Part shown: in pieces, positions 38,290 to 51,119 of the stretch
Layout: each line of letters opens with the position of its first letter
How positions within the stretch are numbered: position 1 is the stretch's first letter
Origin: Octopus sinensis
Taxonomy: Eukaryota
NCBI RefSeq assembly: GCF_006345805.1
Contig: NC_043000.1
Coordinates: forward strand, 12,152,001-12,216,000
DNA: 64,000 nt
Direction: 5' to 3'
The notes under the pieces: generated by a model
Seen by the model: only the letters and a program-made list of their open reading frames with translations
What the model was told of the DNA's origin: nothing
Databases searched by the model: none
Program-made: the position numbers and the translations under genes

Positions 38290-40696
38290 GTCTAGTGGTT
38301 GGGGTGTTGCACTCACGATTGTAACATCATGGGTTTGATTCCTAGATCAGGAAGTGTATTGTGTTCTTGAGCCAAACACTTCATTTCACATTATTCTGTG
38401 ATCATTTTGACACCTGACATGTTGGACACTGTGTACCTGTACAAGCTATGTTGATTTCACGGAGGGAGTGAGCTGATTGATGGACAACACAAAAATCGGA
38501 TAACTATAAACAACTCATCTGTGCAGGTCGTTCAGCCAGAAATTGCAGAACTGTCTTTCTCGGACTCATGAGACTAGCATTAAATTAAATTACTCCCCCC
38601 CCATAAATACACGCACATATGCGTGTGCACACACACACACTCATGCACACACATATACCCCCTCACATACATCTGTGTGTGTGTGTGAATGAGTGTGTGT
38701 GTGGATAAGTGTGTGTGTGTGTGTGCATGTGCATGCGAGTGAGTGTGTTTGTGCGTGTGTGTATTTACATACATGATCACACACACACGCACTCGTGCAC
38801 ACACACACACACACACACTCATACACACACATATCTGTGTGTGTGTGTGTGTGTGTGAATGAGTGTGTGCGTGAATGAATGTGTGTATGTGTGTGTCTGT
38901 GAGTGTGTGCATGTGCATGCGAGTGAGTGTGTTTGTGCGTGTGCATATTTACATATATGATTCACACACACACACGCACACACACACACACGCACACACA
39001 CGCACACACACACTCACACACACGTACACACACACATGTACACACACACACACACACACACCACACACGTGCACATCTTCAGCATCCGCAAAATTTCTGT
39101 CCACCAAATTTCAGTCACAAGATATTGATTAGCTGCAGGCTATAGTTGAAATCATTGACACAAGGTGCCATGCCAAGGAATAGAAACAGGGTCCATGTGA
39201 CTGCAAAGCGAACATCTGAACGACTCTGCTTTGCTTGCTTCTCTATTGTCAAAAGTTCAAACCTTAGAATCCTATCACAAACCATATTGCTCCCTTGGCA
39301 AAGGGGTCTTTTATCTTTACTTGTTTTAGTCATTGTACTGTGGCCATGCTGGGGCACTGCCTTGTGTTTTCAGTCAAATGAATCAAACCCAGTATTTATT
39401 TTTAAAGCTTGGTACTTATTCTATCAGGCTCTGTGGCTGAACTGCTAAGTTATGTTGACATAAACACAGCAAAATCAGTTGTCAATTTGAGGGTAGAATA
39501 CAGACACAACCCCACCACATATATATATAAATACATATATACATGTGTGTGTATGTATGTCTATATATATATGTATGTATATACACTCGCGGAGTGGTTG
39601 GCGTTAGGAAGGGCATCCAGCCGTAGAAACACTGCCAGATCTGACTGGGCCTGACAAAGCCTTCCAGCTTCACAGACCCCAGTTGACCCGTCCAACCCAT
39701 GCTAGCATGGAAAGCGGACGCTAAATGATGATGATATATATAGGCACAGGTGTGGCTGTGTGGTAAGTATCTTGCTTCTCAAGCTTATGGTTCCGGGTTC
39801 AGTCCCGCTGTGTGGCACCTTGTGTAAGTGTCTTCTACTATAGCCTCAGGCTGACCAAAGCCTTGTGAGGGATTTGGTAGGCGGAGACTGAAAAGAAGCC
39901 CATCATATATATACATGTGTTTGTGTGCATGTGTGTCTCTGTTTGTCTCCCTCACCATCACTTGACAACTGATGTTGGTGTGTTTATGTCTCTGCAAGTT
40001 AGCAGTTCGGCAAAAAGAGACCAATAGAATAAATACTAGGCTTACAAAGAATAAGTCCTGGGGTTGATTTGTTCGACAAAAGGCAGTGCTCCAGCATGGC
40101 CGCAGTCAAATGACTGAAACAAATAGAAGAATAAAAGAATAAGAGAATATTAGCAAATCCACCCACAGGGCTTTGGTCGGCCCAAGGTTATAGTAGAAGA
40201 CATTTGTCTAAAGTGCCTTACAGTGGGACTGATCCTGGAACCATGTGGTTTGGAAGCAAGCTTTCTTCTCCACTTCACAGTTGAGTAGTTAGCAATAGGA
40301 AGGGTATCTAGCAGCAAAAGCATTCATTCCAAGAAATAGACCATCTCACCCATGACAGTATGGGGATGAGAAATGGATAGAAAAGAGAAGGGGAGAAAAA
40401 GAAAGAGCAAGAGAGAAAGAAAGAGTGGAAATAAGGGAGGAGAGTATTAGGGTGAGAGGAAATAAGTAATTGAGGTCGTGAGAGAATGAAAGGGAAAGAG
40501 AGAGGGATCAAGACCAAGAACAAGAGACAGAAAGAGGAGAGAGAGAGAGAGAGAGAGCTGGTTAAAGAGGGGGAAAAGGAGGAGGAGGGGGCGTACACTG
40601 GAGGTAATGAGCCTAAGAAAAAGGTAGAAGTGGAAAGTGAGAATTTAAGAGAAAGACTGACAATTAAACATACATGCTGTACAGTCAGATACACAG

Positions 40697-40763
<67 letters not shown>

Positions 40764-40920
40764 TACACACTCACACACATATATATATATATGTATGTAT
40801 GTATGTAAATATATATGCATATATACATATGTATGTATGTATGTATGTTATATATATGTATGTATGTATGTGTATATATATATATATATATTATATATAT
40901 ATATATATATAATATATATA

Positions 40921-40980
<60 letters not shown>

Positions 40981-41165
40981 ATATATATATGTAGGTAGAT
41001 AGATAGATAAATAGATAGATAGATAGATAGTTAGAGAGAGAGAGAGAGAGAGAGAGATTAATAGCTAGATAGATTGCTATAAGTAAAATCTTTACTGGTA
41101 CTTTTAGCTATCCCGGTCAAGACCACACTGGAGCACTACTGGCATAATATATGTATGTGTATATA

Positions 41166-41211
<46 letters not shown>

Positions 41212-41263
41212 GTATATGGTCCAACCCATGCCAGCACCAAAAACGGATGGTAAATGACGACAA

Positions 41264-41318
<55 letters not shown>

Positions 41319-41453
41319 TATACATACATATGTATGTATATATATACACACTCATACGTATGTACGTATGTGTGTAGGGAGACAGAGAGAGATGGGGGGA
41401 GAGAATGAAGGAAGTATATACAGGGGACTTCACTGCTACTGTACATCTATCTA

Positions 41454-41531
<78 letters not shown>

Positions 41532-41599
41532 CATCTGTTTATTTGCGTCTTTCTTTTTCCTTTCCTCCACCCTAGTAGTCAGCCATCTTGATATAAAAC

Positions 41600-41995
41600 C
41601 AAAAAAAGAACATTGTGTGATCTGGCTGATGTATGTGGTGTGTGAAGAGGTGTGTGAGAGCGTGTGTGTGTGTGTGTGTGTGCGCATGTTGTGTATTTGT
41701 ATGTGTGTGGTATATGTGCTTGCTTGCTCTTTGTGTGATGTATGTATGTGTGTGTGTGTGTGGGCTGTAAATGGTGTAGTGTGATGGATGTGATGTGTAT
41801 AAGTGTGTGTTTATGTGATGTGTGTGTGCGTGTGCTGTAAATGGTGTAGTGTGATGGATGTGATGTGTATAAGTGTGTGTTTGTGTGTGTGTGTGTGCGT
41901 GTGTGAGTGAGGAAGAAGCGATTGGTGTGTATGTGTGTGAGTGTGGTGTATATGTGTGTGTATGGAATGAGGTAACTGGCTTGTATATTGTATGT

Positions 41996-42034
<39 letters not shown>

Positions 42035-42047
42035 ATGTGTACACATT

Positions 42048-42079
<32 letters not shown>

Positions 42080-43104
42080 CGTGTGCTGTAAATGGTGTAG
42101 TGTGATGGATGTGATGTGTATAAGTGTGTGTTTATGTGATGTGTGTGTGCGTGTGTGAGTGAGGAAGAAGCGATTGGTGTGTATGTGTGTGAGTGTGGTG
42201 TATATGTGTGTGTATGGAATGAGGTAACTGGCTTGTATATTGTATGTGGTGTGTGTGTGTTGTGTGTGTGTGTGTGCGTATGTGTACACATTTGTGTATA
42301 TGTGTGTGTGTGTGTGTGTGGTGTGTGTGTGTGTGTGTGTATGTGTGTGTGTATGTGTGTGTGTTTGTTGGTGGGTGTATGTAGGTGAGTGTGTGTTTAG
42401 GTGTGTGTGTGTGTGCGTATGTGTACACATTTGTGTATATGTGTGTGTGTGAAAATGTGTGTGCATTTACGTGTATATGTGTATGTGTGTACATGTGAGT
42501 GCGTTTGTGTGTATAGATGTGTGTATGTACGAGTGTGTGCGTTTGTGTGTATATATGTGTGTATGTACGAGTGTGTGCGTTTGTGTGTATATATGTGTGT
42601 ATGTACGAGTGTGTGCGTTTGTGTGTATACGTGTGTGCGTTTGTGTGTATAGATGTGTGTATGTACGAGTGTGTGCGTTTGTGTGTATATATGTGTGTAT
42701 GTACGAGTGTGTGCGTTTGTGTGTATACGTGTGTGCGTTTGTGTGTATGCGTGTGTGTCTGTTAATGGACGTATGTAGTGAGTGTGTAGGTGTTTGCGTC
42801 TCTGCGTGTAAATGTGTGCATATGTGTGTATATACGTGTGTGTGTGGTGTGTGTGTGGTGTGTATGTGTATGAAAGAGGGAGAAAGAGAAATAGAGAGAC
42901 TGCTCTAGTGGATGTATAGATTGGGTGTCTGAATGATGTGTGTGGGTTATGCGTAACCTGACGAGTGTGTGTGTGAGTGTACGTTTGTGTGTGTATGATG
43001 CAAGTAGCTGTTTTGTGTGTGAAACTGTACATGTGTGTATGTGCGCACATAGTGTGTGTGTGTGTGTGTGTGGCTCTGAGATGTTTTATGTATGATGTGT
43101 TTAT

Positions 43105-43143
<39 letters not shown>

Positions 43144-44000
43144 AGGTTTGTGTGTTTGTATGTATAATGTTTGTGTTTGTTGTGTTGTCTAGAGCTGTTT
43201 GTTATGTGTGTGTGTGTTTGTGGTGTCTGCTTTGTGTGCATGTGTGAGTATGTTTGTATGTGTATGTATGAGTGTATATGTGTGTGTTTGTGTTTACGTG
43301 TGTGTGTGTGTGCGTGTGTGTGTGTGTGTGTCTAACATATGCGGTTCTCTGTTGTTGTGCTGTGGTGTGTTGTGTGTGATCTGAATAGCAAATGCAGTGT
43401 ATGTATGTGCATATGTTTGTATGTATGTGTGTGTGTCTTATGTATATATGTGTGTGTGTATACATGTATGCATGTATATATATGCACGTATGTATGTATG
43501 TATGTATGTATGTGTGAGTGCATGTGCATGTGTGTGTGTCTTATGTGTGTGTGTATGTATGTGTGTGTATGTATGAGTGTATGTACGTATGTGTGTGTAT
43601 GCATGTATGTATGTATGCATGTATGTATGTCTGTGTCTTATGTGTGTGTGTATGTATGACTGTATGTACGTATGTGTGTGTATGTATGTGTGTATGCATG
43701 TATGTATATGTGTGCATGTATGTGTGTGTGTATGTATGAGTGTGTGTATGTTTGCATGTATGTATGTATGTGTGTATGCATGTATGTATATGTGTGCATG
43801 TATGTGTGTGTGTGTATGTATGAGTGTGTGTATGTTTGTATGTATGTATGTATGTGTGTATGCATGTATGTGTGTGTGCATGTATGTATGTGTGTGTGTG
43901 TATGTATGTACATATGTATGTGTGTATGTACATATGTATGTGTCTGTGTGTATGTATGTATGTACATGCGATTTTCTCGACATTGAAGTATTATAATCAT
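41600..44000. repeat. Large compound (TG)n/(TATG)n tract with internal block duplications
   Basis: Repeated blocks such as gctgtaaatggtgtagtgtgatgg (x3) and gtgtatgtacgagtgtgtgcgttt (about x6). Confidence 0.95.
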
Positions 44001-44692
44001 GGTATGTGTTTGTATCAGCAACGCTGTTATAATTGCTGTTATTGTTGTTGCTGCTGTTTAGCCCCAGGTCAGCCCTAATCAAGCTGGCTTATGATCAAAG
44101 AGTATTGAAGCCAAGATGATCTTGTTCTTTTATTTAATTTTTCTTGTGCCAATAGTTTACCCTGGACTACATTATTTAATGTGTCCGTTTTTAATTTAGG
44201 ATAAGGTGTGATTCGAGGGAGACTTAGCTGTTATATCTAGCATGTCAAATGACCACATCAAGTCTCCTTGTAGGCTTCTGTGTGCCAGTAATGTAGGCAT
44301 GATATACATGTAATGTATGTGGTGTTGTATATACCTGTGTGTGTACGTGTGTGTGTGTGTGTGTGTATCTGTGTCTATATGTTCATGTATGTGGATGTGT
44401 ATGTTAGGATGTGTGTGCATGTGTAACGTATGTGGTATGTGAGTGTATGTGTATATCTGTGTGTGTGTGTTTGTGTGTACGTGTGTGTGTGTGCGTATCT
44501 GTGTCTGTATGTATGTATGTGTGTGTGTGTATGTATGTATGTGTGTGTGTGTATGTGTGTGTGTGTATGTGTGTGTGTGTGTGTATGTGTGTGTGTGTTT
44601 GTGTGTATGTGTGTGAGCATATACGTGAAATCTGCTTTCATTATGTACTGTGTATGATATATATTATAAGCAAGTAATGTCGAGAAGTGTGT

Positions 44693-44758
<66 letters not shown>

Positions 44759-44809
44759 TGTGTATGAGTTCTGCCCTCCACTGACTGAAGTGGTGTTTAA
44801 CAGATTTTT

Positions 44810-45367
44810 AAATAAGCATAACACACTTACTGCGACTACCCTCCCTTCATTATCATCCTCATTACCACCACTGCCACCACCACCACCACCTTCACAACCA
44901 CTACCAACACCAACACCACCATCATCATCACCACCATGACCACCACAGCCACACCCACCATTACTACAACTACGCCATCACCTCTAACACCATCACCATC
45001 ATCATCACCATCATCACCACCACCTCTACTACCACATCTACCCCCACTACCACCATAACAATGGCTATCATTATACTACTACTGCTACCCCCCCAACACC
45101 ACCATTACCACCACCACCACCAACAACAACAACACCATCACCACTAATGTTATCACCATCACCACCTCTGTGGCTCCACCACCACTACTGTTATCACTAT
45201 CACTATTGCCACAAACATTACCATCATCACCACTAACCCCACCACCACCATTTCTACCATTACTTTTATCACCCCCTACCACCATCCCTACCACCACCAC
45301 CACTAATACCATTACCACCTTCACCACCAGCACCAGCAGCACCAGCAGCAGCAGCAGCAGCACCACC

Positions 45368-45398
<31 letters not shown>

Positions 45399-45415
45399 CA
45401 ACAACAACAATAATA
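44810..45415. repeat. (CAC/CAT/CAG)n low-complexity tract
   Basis: Direct reading. Confidence 0.95.
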
Positions 45416-45984
45416 CCGAGGAACCATCAAGGAAGTCTTTCCTAGGTTACATGATCTACTAGAAATGGCACTGAAAGGTCCCAAAATCACATTGTTTTTT
45501 TTTTTTACAACCTACAAGGGGCTAAACACAGAGGGGACTTAATTTATCGACCCCAGAAGGATGAAAGGCAAAGTTGACCTCAGCGGAATTTGAACTCAGA
45601 ATGCACATTTTGATGACTAAAGTACAGAAGGATTCATTGGACAATGCAGTGTTATCCTTAATGTATAAGAAAGGTAAGGTGTTGAGCTGGTAGAATTCTT
45701 AGCACACTGGGCAAAATGCTTAGCAGCATTATGTCTGTCTTTATGTTCTAACTTCAAATTTGGTCAAGGTGGACTTTGCCTTTCATCCTTTCAGAGTGGA
45801 TAAAGTAAGTACCAGTTGAACACTGGGGTCGATGTAATCAACTTATCCCCTTTTCTGAACTTGCTAGCCTCATGCCAAAATTTGAGACCAATTTATAAGA
45901 ATGACAGTATATGTACTTTTGGAATGCTTTTACTCTTATGACCACATGTCAGGACTGAACTGAAGTTAAACAACAACAATAACA

Positions 45985-46561
45985 TTAGGTTGTCAAGAAA
46001 GTTCTTGCGGTTTTTAACCTTTAAATTCAGATGCACATATCTCGGCTCAAACAAAACTTTATTAATCGAAATAAATACCATCAAAATCAACACACTTTTG
46101 CTAATGCAAAACAAGTTTATTTATGCTAGTAGGGTAAAAATCCTACGTTCTGGTGGCAATGAAGTTGTTGAAGGTGTGTTTGGCATCATTTTGGTTTTTC
46201 AAGCATTTCTCATGCAGGAAGTTGTCGAGATGCTTGAAAAAGTGGGAGTCGGTAGACGAGAGGTCTGGTGAGTATGGCGGATGAGGCAGAGTTTCATAGC
46301 CCAATTCGTTCAACTTCTGCAGGCTCAGTTGTGCGACATACAGCTGAGCATTGTCGCGGAGAAAAATTGGTCCTTTTCTATTGACCAATGCTGGCTGTTG
46401 TCGGAGTTTCTTATGCATTTCATCCATTTGCTGACAGTACTTCTCCGCTGTAATTGTGTCGCCTGGATCCAAAAAGTTGTGATGGATGAGACCAGCCGCA
46501 GACCACCAAACAGTCACCATGACATTCTTTTGCTGCAACTTTGGCTTCAGGAAGTGCCATG
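45985..46561 (-). mobile_element. Hsmar1-like (cecropia-type) mariner 3' half
   Basis: VMVTVWWSAAGLIHHNFL...ALVNRKGPIFLRDNA...PHPPYSPDLSSTDSHFFKHLDNFL; TIR ttaggttgtcaagaaagttcttgcgg. Confidence 0.88.
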
Positions 46562-46944
46562 GAGGTTGATGAGTGTCCTACTCCCTCTTCATGCATCATG
46601 CTTGTCTGGCCACTTCCAGACTTCTTGATCCACTCATACACACTTCTACGTGGTAGTGCACTGTTCCTCTATTGTGCTAAAAGCTTTCGGTCAACTTCAA
46701 CATCTGACACACCTTTCGACCAGAGAAATCAGATCACTGCTCTTTGTTCTTCTTTGGTGGCCATTGCTAGTGGAGTGGCCATGCTTACATTGTAAAGCCA
46801 GAAAGAAAAATGGTGTAATCAGGCTCAAACTTTGATCATGTGACCACAACAGTAACAACTATAAGCACGCATGCGCAGAATGCAATGTGACAATAATAAA
46901 GATATGTTATGATGAGAGTGCAGATAATTTTTGACTTCTTCTCA
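46562..46944 (-). mobile_element. 5' half of a different mariner family
   Basis: TIR (ta)tgagaagaagtcaaaaattatc; MATPLAMATKEEQRAVI.FLWSKG...RSVYEWIKK HTH region. Confidence 0.75.
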
Positions 46945-46957
46945 TATATATATATAT

Positions 46958-47700
46958 ATCAGACTGGAGCCTGGTGCAGCCTCCTAGCTTCCCAGACCCT
47001 AGTCAAACCGTCCAACCCATGCTAGCACGGAAAACAGACGTTAAACGATGATGATGATGATGATGATATCATCATCATCATCATCGTTTAGCGTCCGTTT
47101 TCCATGCTGGCATGGGTTGGACGGGTCAACTGGGGTCTGTGAAGCTGGAAGGCTTCGTCAGGCCCAGTCAGATCTGGCAGTGTTTCTACGGCTGGATGCC
47201 CTTCCTAACGCCAACCACTCCGCGAGTGTAGTGGGTGTTTTTTACGTGCCACCTGCACAGGTGCCAGACAGAGCTGGCGAACGGCCACGAACGGATGGTG
47301 CTTTTACGTGTCACCGGCACGGGGCCAGGCGATGCTGGCAACGGACACGAATGGATGGTGCTTTTACGTGCCACCGACACGGGGCCAGACAGAGCTGGCA
47401 ACCGGCCACGAACGGACGGTGCTTTTACGTGTCACTGGCACGGGGGGCCAGCCGAGGCTGGCAACGGACGCGAACGGCTGATGCTTTTACGTGCCACCGA
47501 CACGGGGCCAGACAGAGCTGGCAAACGGCCACGAACGGATGGTGCTTTTACGTGTCACCGGCACGGGGGCCAGCCGAGGCTGGCAATGGACGCGAACAGA
47601 TGGTGCTTTTACGTGCCACCGACACAGTTGCCAGACAGAGCTGGCAAACAGCCACGAGCGGACGGTGCTTTTACGTGTCACCGGCACGGGGGCCAGCCGA
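46958..47700. mobile_element. Two RTE 3' ends joined tail-to-tail; minus-strand copy carries an 8-unit array
   Basis: gatgatgat|atcatcatc junction at ~47067; array 47250-47700; (TA)n at both outer ends. Confidence 0.9.
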
Positions 47701-47849
47701 ATATATATACACCCTAATTATATAGATTAAATATACCCTAATTATATAGGGTATATAATTGTTATATACCCTAATTACATATACTCTAATTAAATTATTA
47801 TAAATGACTTGAGATACACCTCCTGTTTTGGTTTTTGATGTCTTTTCCC

Positions 47850-47902
<53 letters not shown>

Positions 47903-48034
47903 TATTATTTTGCTGAGGCATAGTGATACTAATAACTTGGAGTTAGAACTCAATATACATATGCTTCAGAGTAAAGTACAGGGCAGTTATAAGAAATTAA
48001 ATAAATGACGAAGAAAAAACAAATTGTGCCATGG

Positions 48035-48237
48035 ACTTCATTAGCTAACAGTTGTTTCTGCTGTAAGATACAGTGCACTCATAGTTGAGTGCTGGTGCAT
48101 CACCCTATAGCTTTATTGAAGCTTCAAAAACAAAGTGCAATTTTTGAAGCTCTGATGAAGCTATACGATGAGACCCAAGCACTCAAATATGAAGTGCATT
48201 ATGTCTTAAAGCAGAAACTGCTGTAAGTTAATGAAGT
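48035..48237. repeat. Imperfect fold-back palindrome (~96-bp arms) with hammerhead motif in the right arm
   Basis: Arms 48035-48130 and 48141-48237; CTGATGA 48152, GAAA 48214, GUA 48223-48225. Confidence 0.85.
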
Positions 48238-48894
48238 GATACAATTTCTTTTTTCTTTGTCATTTATTTAATTTCTTATATCTGTCTGTCTGTCTGTCTG
48301 TCTGTATGCGTGACCTACTGAGTCAAGTATATTAACATAAAATCAAAATCAAAAGGAAATTGTAGTTGTGATACCTGTGCCTATGGCATGTAAAAAGTAC
48401 CATCCGAACATGGGTAATGTCACACCGCCTTGACTGGCGTCCGTGCTGGTGGTACGTACAAAGCACCAACTGATCGTGGCCGTTGCCAGACTCCTCTGGC
48501 CCCTGTGCCGGTGGTATATAAAAAGCAGCCACTACACTCACGGAGTGCTTGGTGTTAGGAAGGGCATCCAGCTGTAGAAACATTGCCAGATCAGACTGGA
48601 GCCTGGTGCAGCCTCCTGGCTTCCCAGACCTTGGTCGAACTGTCCAACCCATTCTAGGATGGGAAACAGACGTTAAATGATGATGATGATGATGATGATG
48701 ATTTATATATATATGCATACATACATACATATATATAAATTTGTGCCTACATGCTGCAGGCATGGATTACACACCCTTAAAAATGTTATATTTCTCATTT
48801 AAAGTTTCTCATAACCACTCACTTTCAAAGAACCAAATTATCTTACTTGTATACATTCTTCATTTCTATATGTTTTCAATATTGTTTGACCCTT

Positions 48895-49112
48895 TAGCAT
48901 TCAGATTACTTTGTCCTATATTATGTGTATTTATTTATATTGTTTTCAATTAATTATGCATTATCTTGCGGCTCTGAGTATTACATAATGTGATTGTTTA
49001 TACCTCAAATGACATTGTTAGGTAGGTGTGACAGGCCAGATCTGGTTAGTCTGAGCATAAAACAAATAGAGCATTTTAGATTGGATTTGTCAGGTTTAAA
49101 TGCTAAAGAGTT
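48895..49112. mobile_element. TTAA-type MITE, second family
   Basis: ccctttagcatt...aatgctaaagagttaa; sister copy at ~53430-53650. Confidence 0.7.
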
Positions 49113-50156
49113 AAAATATAAGAATATTATCACCATTTACTTCTAAGTTAATTAACAATTTATTCGATCTCACTGATTTGGTTTTGTTTTGTTTTTAATT
49201 TTCATCAAGCTTTCGTTTATAATTTTCTCATTTGCTGTTTAATTTTCACACCGGCTTATTGTTAGTTTCCGCATTCGTTTGGTGATAATTTTGTTTCCAC
49301 GTTTGTTTGTTAATTTCAACATTTGCTTCTTGTTAATTAATTTCCACATGTGCTGCTAATTCCCGCATATTTGAATCATTAGTTTTTCCAAATTTGCTTG
49401 ATATGAATTTCTACATTTGTTTGCTGATAATTTCCACACATCACCAGCACCACAAGCACCACCATCACCATCACCATCACCATCACCATCACCGTCACCA
49501 TCACCATCACCATCATCATCATCATTATCATCATCACCACCGCCACCACCACCGCTGCCGCCGCCACCGCCACCACCACCGCTGCCGCCGCCACCGCCAC
49601 CACCGCCGCCACCACCACCACCACCATCATCATCGTTTAATGCCCAATCTCCATGGGTTGAACGGTTGACATGGAGCTGGCTAGCAGAGGGCTGCCAGGA
49701 TTCCAACTGTCGGTTGTGGCATGGTTTCTATAGGTGGATGCCCTTCCTAACATCAGCTATTCAACAGAGTGTGCTGGTTGCTTTTTATGTGGTACCAGCA
49801 CAGATGTGTTAACACAGCACCAGCACAGGTTCTTTGTAAGTGGCACTCATTTGCCTTTAGCTATTAATTTTTTTCAAAATTACATGTTAAGTTTGCATCC
49901 AAACCACATGATTCTGGGTTCACTCCTATGGTGTGGTGCCTTGATCAAGTGTCTTTTAGTCTTTTACTAAAGCTTCAGGTCAACTAAAGCCTTGTGAATG
50001 GATTTGGTAAACGGAAACTGAAAGAAGCCTGTTTCATATATATATATATATATATATATAGGGAAGCTTTATGAAAATAGACAAAAGACGAAGGCAGGTG
50101 GAAAACAAACAAACAATTGTATTAGTATGGCGCTCAGGAAATATAAATAAAACAAG

Positions 50157-50194
50157 TCTTTAACGTTTCGAGCCTACGCTCTTCAACAGAAAGA
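50157..50194 (-). ncRNA. Hammerhead-like motif in Penelope-like terminal repeat
   Basis: UCUUU CUGUUGA a GAGC-guag-GCUC GAAA CGUU AAAGA. Confidence 0.55.
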
Positions 50195-50689
50195 TACACA
50201 GAGAAAAAAAATACAGAAAGAAGGAGAGAAAAAAATGCGTGCAGTGACTAACGAATCAACATGGCGATCTGATTTCGGCCAGAAGTCAAAGATCAAACAT
50301 GAGACGCGAGACCGAAATTAGGGGAGATAATAGGGTTGAATGACCTACTCCAACATAAGGGTGTGTGTGTGTGTGTGTGTATGAGAGAGTATTAGTGCGT
50401 ATGAGAGGTCTGGACGTGTGTATGTATATATGATGTGATGTGTAAAGTCGTGTGTGTTAGTGTGGAGAGAGGAGAGGAGGGGGAGAGGGAGAAGGAAGGG
50501 GAGGAGGAAGGAGAAGAGGGAGAGGGGGGAGAGGGAAGGGGAGTGAGGGAGACAGAGGGAAGGGGAAGAGGGAAGAGGGAGGAGAAAAGAGGGGGAGGAG
50601 GAAGGAGGAAAGAGGAGAGAGGGGGAGAGAGAAGGGAGTGAGGGAGCAGAGGGAAGGGGAAGAGGGAAGGAGGGAGGGATATATATATA

Positions 50690-50724
<35 letters not shown>

Positions 50725-51119
50725 GGCGCAGGAGTGGCTGTGTGGTAAGTAGCTTGCTAACCAGCCACATGGTTCCGGGTTCAGTCCCACTGTGTGGCAC
50801 TTTGGGCAAGTGTCTTCTACTATAGCCTCGGGCTGACCAAAGCCTTGTGAGTGGATTTGGTAGACAGAAACTGAAAGAAGCCCGTCGTATATATGTATAT
50901 ATGTATATATATATGTGTGTGTGTGTTTGTGTTTGTCCCCCCAACATCGCTTGACAACCGATGCTGATGTGTTTACATCCCCGTAACTTAGCAGTTCGGC
51001 AAAAGACACAGATAGAATAATTACTAGGCTTACAAACAATAAGTCCTGGGGTTGATTTGCTCAACTAAAGGTGGTGCTCCAGCATGGCCACAGTCAAATG
51101 ACTGAAACAAGTAAAAGAG
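50725..51119 (+). mobile_element. SINE family A, well preserved
   Basis: Full head, core, microsatellite and tail. Confidence 0.9.

Noticed and set aside
41572-44082. Long His/Thr- or Cys/Val-rich ORFs of 200-295 aa
   Set aside because: They are translations of (CA)n/(TG)n repeats, which lack stop codons. The same applies to the YLSI, IYIY, poly-P/G and poly-T ORFs elsewhere.
49200-49440. Degenerate ~23-bp repeat (ataatttccacatttgtttg); also ~80-bp repeats at 24690-24930 and an 88-bp duplication at 53020-53200
   Set aside because: Ordinary decayed tandem repeats with no frame or structure signal.
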